A stretch of 64,000 nucleotides of DNA from Candidatus Promineifilaceae bacterium (GTDB lineage: Bacteria; Chloroflexota; Anaerolineae; Promineifilales; Promineifilaceae). The position numbers and the translations under genes are program-made. The stretch lies in NCBI GenBank assembly GCA_041987425.1, contig JBHIWP010000002.1, positions 18,608-82,607 of the forward strand. The letters run 5' to 3'. The notes beneath the pieces were generated by a model. The model was given only the letters and a program-made list of their open reading frames with translations. It was not told the origin of the DNA and made no database searches. Shown here in pieces: positions 58,062 through 64,000 of the stretch; within the stretch, counting starts at the first letter, position 1; each line of letters begins with the position of its first letter.

Positions 58062-59849
58062 ATGTCTATAACGAATCATAAACATGGACTAAAGTTGCTA
58101 ATTTTGTTTTTGCTGGTTGGCGTGTGGGCGTGGCCGGAAACGGCCGTTTCCTCTGTAACTGCTCAGTCGGCCCGCGACCCCCGCTTTGGCGCGGTAGAGT
58201 CGTTTTGGGCACCGGGCGAAGCGGCCGAACTGGGCGTCGGCTGGGAGCGTATCCTCTTTTACTGGAACGAAATCCAGCCTACCGGCCCCAACGACTGGAA
58301 CACCCTGCATGTCCACGAAGAGTGGCTGGCAGAAGCGCGGGCGCAGGGGCGGCAGGTGACGGGATTGCTCAAAAATACGCCCACCTGGGCCACGGACGGC
58401 ACGCCAGCCTCCGGGGTGCCGCGCGGCCTCTATTTGCCAATTGATGATCCCGGCAATCTGTGGGCCAACTACGCCCGGCGCGTGGCCTCCTACTACAGCG
58501 CGCACGGCGTGCACAACTGGATTATCTGGAACGAACCAGACATTGCCCCAGACGTCTATGGGCATGAGTTCAGCGGCTCGATGGCCGATTACTATCAGCT
58601 GGTGAAGGTGGCTTACCTGGCTATTAAGCAGGTGGACCCCAACGCCAAGATTCACCTGGGCGGCATGACCTACTGGCACGACCCAAGCTGGCTGGGCCGC
58701 TTCCTAAGAATGGTTGCGGAAGATCCTGATGCGGCGGCCAACAACTACTATTTCGACATCATCTCGCTGCACATCTACTTTCGCCCGGAGACGGTTCCCC
58801 AAATTGTGGGCAACGCCTTTGCTGCGCAGCAGCAGGCTGGTATTCCGCTGAAGCCGGTGTGGATTAATGAGACGAATGCCCGACCCAGCACAGACCCGGA
58901 GTGGCCGGTGCAGGTGCAGGCGTTTGAGCTGGATTTGGAGCAGCAGGCGTGGTACATCGTGCAGGCGTACGCCCTTGGTTTTTACTCGGGCGCGGGGCGA
59001 ATTTCGGTGTACAAGTTGATTGATATCAATATTTCGCCCGGCGAAGAGTCGTGGGGGTTGATACGGCCGTATGACTTCAGCAAGCGCCCTGCCTTTTTTG
59101 CCTATCAGAACACAATCAAATACCTGGCCGGGTTTACCTACCCGGTGCAGCGAGAGCAGGCGGGTAACTACACCATTGTGCGCTTTAACCGGCCAGAGGG
59201 CACCACGCGCGTGCTCTGGGCGCGCACGGCCAGCAGCGCGACGCTCAACGTGCCGGCTTTGGCGGACGCGGCCGTTTTGGTTGACCCGATCACCGGGGCC
59301 GAAACGCCCATAACTCCAACCGGGGGCAGCTACGAGATTCGTTTGAATGGCGCGCGCTGCGCTGGAGAGTGCTACATGGGTGGCGCGCCGGTCTTCCTGG
59401 TAGAAGCCGGGGTTGGCGGTGAAGGTGGCTCTACCGCGCCGCCGGTAGTGTCGGCGGCAAGCACGCCAGCGGCTGGGGCAACCGGTACCGATGGGTCCCA
59501 AACGGCGGCCGGGACGCCTATTCCCACCGAGCCGTCTGCCCCAACCGAAACGCCGTATCCGACGGCCACAAACATGGTGCCCGTGCCTAAACCTTCCAGC
59601 ACGCCGACCGCAACGAATACGGCCGTACCACCCACAGAAACAGCACCCGCCACGCAAGAGGCGGCCATAGTGCCTACGGCTACGGAAGCGGTTGTTTCGG
59701 CTGCTGGAGATGATGGCGCAATTGTAGAAGCTGGGGAAGAAGAAACGGCCGTAATCGAGGCTCCAGCACCTAACCTTGGCATTTGGCTGCTGGGGGGCGC
59801 AGGTCTTGCTGCGCTGCTGGCTGGTTTCGTTTGGCTCCGCCGCCGCTAG
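58062..59849 (+). CDS. Secreted glycoside-hydrolase-like TIM-barrel protein (clan GH-A-like) with a Pro/Thr/Ala linker and a C-terminal TM anchor ending RRR
   Basis: Signal peptide. IIWNEPD and WINETN motifs resemble the acid/base and nucleophile strands. C-terminus LGIWLLGGAGLAALLAGFVWLRRR. Confidence 0.5.
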   Translation: MSITNHKHGLKLLILFLLVGVWAWPETAVSSVTAQSARDPRFGAVESFWAPGEAAELGVGWERILFYWNEIQPTGPNDWNTLHVHEEWLAEARAQGRQVTGLLKNTPTWATDGTPASGVPRGLYLPIDDPGNLWANYARRVASYYSAHGVHNWIIWNEPDIAPDVYGHEFSGSMADYYQLVKVAYLAIKQVDPNAKIHLGGMTYWHDPSWLGRFLRMVAEDPDAAANNYYFDIISLHIYFRPETVPQIVGNAFAAQQQAGIPLKPVWINETNARPSTDPEWPVQVQAFELDLEQQAWYIVQAYALGFYSGAGRISVYKLIDINISPGEESWGLIRPYDFSKRPAFFAYQNTIKYLAGFTYPVQREQAGNYTIVRFNRPEGTTRVLWARTASSATLNVPALADAAVLVDPITGAETPITPTGGSYEIRLNGARCAGECYMGGAPVFLVEAGVGGEGGSTAPPVVSAASTPAAGATGTDGSQTAAGTPIPTEPSAPTETPYPTATNMVPVPKPSSTPTATNTAVPPTETAPATQEAAIVPTATEAVVSAAGDDGAIVEAGEEETAVIEAPAPNLGIWLLGGAGLAALLAGFVWLRRR

Positions 59850-59871
59850 GTTTCGTTTAAAAGTAATGGAC

Positions 59872-59946
59872 GCAGATTCTCCTGATTGACCTGATTTTGA
59901 TCGCTTTTCAATCAGATCTATCAGGAGAATCTGCGTTTTATTTTTT
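59872..59946. terminator. Bidirectional intrinsic terminator between convergent genes
   Basis: 15-bp perfect arms GCAGATTCTCCTGAT at 59872-59886 and ATCAGGAGAATCTGC at 59920-59934. GTTTTATTTTTT follows on the plus strand. An inner CTGATT/AATCAG pairing is also present. Confidence 0.65.
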
Positions 59947-61528
59947 ACAGCGTGATCAGTTTTACCTGGGTGATGGCCGGGATTTTTACCAGGGCATCAA
60001 TAACCTCTTTGCCAGGTTGGCTGTCCAAATTGATGAAGGAAAGGGCGTGACCGCCGGGCCTGTCTCGGCCCATGCGCCATTCGGCGATGTTGACTTCGTA
60101 GGCGGCCAGGATGGTGCCCACCTGCCCAATGACGCCGTGCACGTCTTTGTTTTGCATCACCAGCACGTGGCCGTCTGGCCGGGCATCTAGCTTATAGTCA
60201 TCCACCTGCACTATGCGCGGCTCCACACCGCCAAATAGCATTCCGGCCAGCGTGCGTTCCCCGCCGTCCCAGGTGACCCGGCAAGAGATGAGATTCGAGT
60301 AGTCGAGCGAGCTGGCTGCCTTGGTTTGGGCCACGCTGATGCCGTTTTCTTCCGCTAGCAGGGGGGCGTTGATGTAGTTGACCTGCTCGCTGATTGATTT
60401 TTCGAGAATGCCTTTTAGCAGTCCAGCGGCGATGGGCTTGATTAGCTCATTAACCGTGTCGCCTCGTGCCTCGATCTCAACGCGGCGAATGGCGCCATCG
60501 GCCAAATAGCAGTGCAGGCGACCCAGCTTTTCACTGAGTTCCATATACGGCCGTGTCTCGGCAAAGTCTGGCCCGGCCTGGAAGGGCAAATTAATGGCGT
60601 TGCGGAAGTCGGTGCCGCGCAGCGCATCCAGCACCTGATCCACGATTTGGGTGGCGACATCGCGCTGAGCTTCCTCAGTGCTGGCGCCCAGGTGGGGCGT
60701 GTGCAGCACGTTGGGCAGGCCAATGAGCGGACTGCTTTCCGGTGGTTCCTTTTGATAGACGTCGAGAGCGGCCGTTCGAATGCGTCCATTTTTCAAGCCT
60801 TCAGCCAGGGCTTCTTCATCGACGAGCTTGCCACGAGCGGCATTGATCAAAATGACGCCCGGCTTCATCTGGCTAATCGTTTGGGCATTGATTATTTTCT
60901 CGGTTTCTGGCAGTAGGGCGGTATGCAGGCTGATGTAGTCAGACTGGGCCAATAGATCTTCCAGGTCAACGAGCGTCACGTTTAACTCTTGCCCCACCTC
61001 TTCAGATACATATGGATCAAAGGCCAGAATTTCCATGCCAAATGCCTGGGCTCGCTTGGCTACCAAACGACCGATTCGGCCAAATCCGATAATGCCCAGC
61101 GTTTTACGATATAGCTCGGTGCCTACAAATTGTGAGCGTTTCCACTCACCTTCTTTCAGTGAGGCGTGAGATTGTGCCGTGTGGCGGCTGGCGGCCAACA
61201 TTAAGGCAATCGCCTGCTCGGCGGTGGCAATGCTGTTGGCCTGTGGCGTGTTCATCACAATGATGCCGCGCATGGTTGCCGCGCGTACGTCCACGTTGTC
61301 TACGCCAATTCCCGCCCGACCAACCACCTTGAGATTGGTACCAGCGGCCAAAATTTCTGCATCTGCCTTGGTGCCGCTGCGAATGATAAGCGCATCGTAT
61401 TCCGGCAGAATGGCCATAAGCTCTTCTTTGCTCAGGCCAGGTTTCATGTCGTATTGGGCGTCTTTGGCCAGATCAAGCCGATCTAGCCCTGCTTGCCCTA
61501 GCTTGTCTGAGATTAATATTTTGAACAT
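59945..61528 (-). CDS. serA: D-3-phosphoglycerate dehydrogenase (long form with ASB/ACT domains)
   Basis: GIIGFGRIGRLVA NAD fold, the HTPHLGAST catalytic His region, and a C-terminal ACT-like domain. Confidence 0.9.
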   Translation of the reverse strand: MFKILISDKLGQAGLDRLDLAKDAQYDMKPGLSKEELMAILPEYDALIIRSGTKADAEILAAGTNLKVVGRAGIGVDNVDVRAATMRGIIVMNTPQANSIATAEQAIALMLAASRHTAQSHASLKEGEWKRSQFVGTELYRKTLGIIGFGRIGRLVAKRAQAFGMEILAFDPYVSEEVGQELNVTLVDLEDLLAQSDYISLHTALLPETEKIINAQTISQMKPGVILINAARGKLVDEEALAEGLKNGRIRTAALDVYQKEPPESSPLIGLPNVLHTPHLGASTEEAQRDVATQIVDQVLDALRGTDFRNAINLPFQAGPDFAETRPYMELSEKLGRLHCYLADGAIRRVEIEARGDTVNELIKPIAAGLLKGILEKSISEQVNYINAPLLAEENGISVAQTKAASSLDYSNLISCRVTWDGGERTLAGMLFGGVEPRIVQVDDYKLDARPDGHVLVMQNKDVHGVIGQVGTILAAYEVNIAEWRMGRDRPGGHALSFINLDSQPGKEVIDALVKIPAITQVKLITL

Positions 61529-61685
61529 ACGTCTCCCTTTGCTTGGTAAGTTGTTTGGTGCCAGGCGATTTGGGAATTATTGATTGTGGGTAAAAGTACA
61601 AAGGAATTATAGTCGGGGTTGGTTGTGCGGCAAGCAGCGCGTGGAATTGGGAAATCAACGTCTGCTTTACGTTACTTCCAGTTGA

Positions 61686-62210
61686 TCACAATGTTTGTAA
61701 GAGTTGCTTACACTGCTCTACAGTTAGGGAAACCAGAGCGCCACCAGTAAAGCGGACATCCTCAGTAACTTCACGTAGGGCGAATAAAGGATGGGGTACT
61801 GACATTAGGAGGCTGACGTCTGGCTGCTCAATTTCAGCCAAGATCAGCCCGGTGAGGTGACCCATGAACTGATCAATGCTGAATTGGAAACGGCCGTCTG
61901 CTAACTTATACCGCTTCTTGACCAGTTTTTGAGCAGGCAGCGTTTCTAACAGTGTATAGCTGGCGTCGTCCAGATAAAAGTTGGTGATAGTCGTGGCATA
62001 AGCGGTTTGATCTTCGGCCTGGTATTTTTGCGTTAGCTTGCGGGCGGTCACCTGTCCGTCGGCATTGGTCATGCGGCGCAGGCGCAGCGGCGTGCCAGAA
62101 ATATAGCGATCTTCAATGAGCTGATAATCCTGGCTGTTCTCGAGCGCATTCGGCAGGGTGGCCAAAAGCCAGCGCCGTTCGCATTCGATCTGGGCATATT
62201 TGTGGGCCAT
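61686..62210 (-). CDS. CYTH-domain protein
   Basis: The N-terminal IECERRWL (ExExK-like) start is typical of CYTH/CYTH-like triphosphatases. Confidence 0.55.
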   Translation of the reverse strand: MAHKYAQIECERRWLLATLPNALENSQDYQLIEDRYISGTPLRLRRMTNADGQVTARKLTQKYQAEDQTAYATTITNFYLDDASYTLLETLPAQKLVKKRYKLADGRFQFSIDQFMGHLTGLILAEIEQPDVSLLMSVPHPLFALREVTEDVRFTGGALVSLTVEQCKQLLQTL

Positions 62211-62257
62211 TTAGCAGGTCCAAGTCGTTTATGGTGACAAAGTGCGCCGATTCTACC

Positions 62258-62779
62258 TTAGGCGCTACTGAACAAAGGATGATAAAAAACAGTGCCGCGC
62301 CTGTCTTTCAAGGCGCCAGGCACCAACTCTTTGACCATAAACACGTCATCTGGGACGTCGAACTGGCTGCGCAGCCCATATGGGGATGAGGGCGAAAAGC
62401 CGAAGCGTGGGTAATAGGTTGAATGCCCCAGAACAAACGCCAGTTTGTACCCCACCTGCTCGCAGGCAGCCAGTCCGGCCCAGCAAAGCTCTGAACCAAT
62501 ACCTTTATTTTGATGTTCTGGGGCAACTGCCACCGGGCCCAGGGCAACGGCCGTAAACTCCCCCTCGTCATTTTTTACCGTCACGGGCGAAAACAGGATG
62601 TGCCCCACGATTTCACCGTCCAGCTCAGCCACGAGGGAAATGAGGTCTACACCGCCCTGCTGCAAATTTTGCACCAGCTCTGCTTCGGATGGACGATTGG
62701 CTGCTGCTTCTACTGCGAATACCTGGTCGGCGTCTGCGGCCGTTTCTGGTCGAATTTTTAGCGTCATAGAAGCAATCAT
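62258..62779 (-). CDS. GNAT family N-acetyltransferase
   Basis: VAVAPEHQNKGIGSEL acetyl-CoA binding motif. Confidence 0.8.
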   Translation of the reverse strand: MIASMTLKIRPETAADADQVFAVEAAANRPSEAELVQNLQQGGVDLISLVAELDGEIVGHILFSPVTVKNDEGEFTAVALGPVAVAPEHQNKGIGSELCWAGLAACEQVGYKLAFVLGHSTYYPRFGFSPSSPYGLRSQFDVPDDVFMVKELVPGALKDRRGTVFYHPLFSSA

Positions 62780-62815
62780 ACTGCATTGGCGGGCATGGGG
62801 CGAGACAACTCCTGC

Positions 62816-63352
62816 TCATCGAACAAAAGAGCGTTTGCCAATGCTTCTTTCTCGCTTGGGCCTCAATAGCTTCGGAGCATTTTTGCGCAGCAGCCATTGC
62901 GTACCGATCATCGTCCCGAGCATAGCCAGGAGCAAGACGGCCGTGTAGCCAGCTAAAATTTGGGCATACCCCAACGCCAGGCTGCGCCAGGCACCCAAAA
63001 CCAGCGCCGTGTACCAGGAAACGGCCGAAACCGCGCCAAAGACGGAAATGCGTGGCAGCTTTTGGGCCAGACCATTTATATGAAACGGCTGGTGCCTGAA
63101 GGCAGCTTTTTGCAGCAAGGGGAACAGCTTTACGTGCATAATGCCGCCGTTTAACGTGGCGATGAGCACAATGGTCATTTTGGCAAAAAAGCGCTGATTG
63201 ACGCTGCCGCTCAAAATGATAAGCCCCAGTCCGGTGGCCGTTAACAGCATCAGCCCACCAATCACAATGCCCGAAGCCACTTTTAGCAAGCGAAATTCAG
63301 CTTTTTCGATACGGCCGTTTCGCGGTAGTCCAGTGAGATTATCTCCAACCAT
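62816..63352 (-). CDS. Integral membrane protein, unknown function
   Basis: 178 aa with 4-5 hydrophobic helices. Confidence 0.5.
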   Translation of the reverse strand: MVGDNLTGLPRNGRIEKAEFRLLKVASGIVIGGLMLLTATGLGLIILSGSVNQRFFAKMTIVLIATLNGGIMHVKLFPLLQKAAFRHQPFHINGLAQKLPRISVFGAVSAVSWYTALVLGAWRSLALGYAQILAGYTAVLLLAMLGTMIGTQWLLRKNAPKLLRPKRERSIGKRSFVR

Positions 63353-63406
63353 CCGGCGGATAAACCGGAGTGAGGAGAACCTCGCGAATGAATAAGATTG
63401 AATTCG

Positions 63407-64000
63407 CTAAACCAATAGCCATCGCCGGTGACCGCTGTTCATACTTTTTTTACCCACCAGCTCAGGCAGCAACCGCTTAAGACTACGATGCTCACGACAC
63501 CAGTTGTAAACTGTCATGCCCCACCAACCCATCGCCGCTTTGGTTTCGCCTTTTTTGGCAAAAGCCAGAGTTTTGCGCACCTGCGCCGCACTCATCAAGC
63601 GGGCCGTGCCGTTGCGCCGCTCGATAGCCGAGGTGTTAGGCACATGGTAGCCCAGTCGGTCCAGAGCTTGCTCAATCCGCTTTTGACTGCCATGGACATA
63701 GCGGATTTCCACTTCTTTGAGTCGATAACCACTGTGGTGCTTGATGATTTGCACGTGAGCCGCCGTCCGAGGAATGCGAAACCGCGCTTTAGGATACGGA
63801 CCGCGTGTGCCTTGTCGCGGTGGGTAGTAGGCAGTGCCGAATATCTCCGGGAACAAGGTACGATACGCCGCCACCCCATCAGTGAACAAGGCAATCTCAT
63901 GACGATTGTGCAGACGTACCGCGCCATCTTGGAGCAAACAACGAATCAAGACCTCGTCTCGCGTTCCCTGGACGTGCGCCAAAATGAACTTGCTTGCCGG
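63407..64000 (-). mobile_element. DDE-type IS transposase gene, C-terminal part (open to the window edge)
   Basis: NTSAIERRNGTARL ... YNWCREHRSLK is typical of the C-terminal part of DDE transposases. The frame stays open past the TTG that the ORF track used as a start. Confidence 0.55.

Larger units (their letters stand above)
1..64000. repeat. Highly iterated palindromic octamer ACGGCCGT, about 92 dispersed copies (hand count)
   Basis: Direct reading of the sequence. Copies occur in all three reading frames and in intergenic DNA, with unrelated flanks. About one copy is expected for any 8-mer in 64 kb. Coordinates are listed in the first finding. Confidence 0.9.

Noticed and set aside
58098-59782. 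193-, 317- and 136-aa minus-strand ORFs opposite the hydrolase-like gene
   Set aside because: They are extremely Arg/Gly/Pro-rich with no start context, and antisense to a gene with a signal peptide, catalytic-type motifs and a membrane anchor.
59872-59946. The long hairpin between the hydrolase-like gene and serA as another heptamer-repeat element
   Set aside because: Its arms are a single perfect 15-bp inverted repeat without clear 7-9 nt periodicity, followed by a T-run between convergent genes. An ordinary bidirectional terminator is the simpler reading.
1-64000. ACGGCCGT enrichment as a simple consequence of codon usage or of a larger REP/MITE
   Set aside because: Copies occur in all three frames, on genes of both orientations and in intergenic DNA. 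Neighbouring bases beyond about 1 nt are not conserved, and one-mismatch variants are several-fold rarer.

Overview
The window has two parts. Bases 1 to about 32.3 kb hold most of an integrated temperate siphovirus-like prophage, almost all on the minus strand. In order it carries tail genes, a tape measure with a G/GT -1 frameshift chaperone pair, the major tail protein and connectors. A glycosylation cassette (zinc ribbon, SAM methyltransferase, UDP-galactopyranose mutase, three glycosyltransferase-like genes) sits between the connector and capsid genes. Then come capsid, decoration and protease-scaffold genes, an SPP1-gp7/Mu-F-like protein, portal, TerL, TerS, two HNH nucleases and two DNA methyltransferases. 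The replication and lysogeny side has a DnaC-like loader, an initiator gene containing iterons, a VRR-NUC nuclease, a plus-strand RHH repressor candidate with back-to-back promoters, and a tyrosine integrase. The prophage ends at a tRNA 3' fragment followed by an intact tRNA with a CAU anticodon. Its left end lies beyond the window.

Bases about 32.4 to 64 kb are chromosome. Genes here include a bacterial PH-domain protein, a DUF2723/GT-C membrane protein, a Ser/Thr kinase with TPR repeats, and a convergent PPP-type phosphoesterase. A complete his operon lies on the minus strand: hisG-hisD-(GxxExxY gene)-hisC-hisB-hisH-hisA-hisF-(orphan gene)-hisI-hisE. It is preceded by a His-rich leader peptide and an intrinsic terminator. 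Downstream are two tandem ParB/Srx-like plus USP paralogues, two secreted haem proteins, a glycoside-hydrolase-like protein, serA, CYTH, GNAT, a membrane protein and a partial IS transposase at the right edge.

Two genome-style signals stand out. First, the 8-bp palindrome ACGGCCGT occurs about 92 times by hand count, against roughly 1 expected, in both chromosome and prophage. Second, hairpin elements built from degenerate 7-9 nt tandem units fill most his-operon spacers. They also sit in frame inside hisF, hisH and hisC, and flank the GxxExxY gene as inverted repeats.

No rRNA or CRISPR array was seen. The gene content looks Chloroflexota-like, but taxonomy cannot be established from this window alone.
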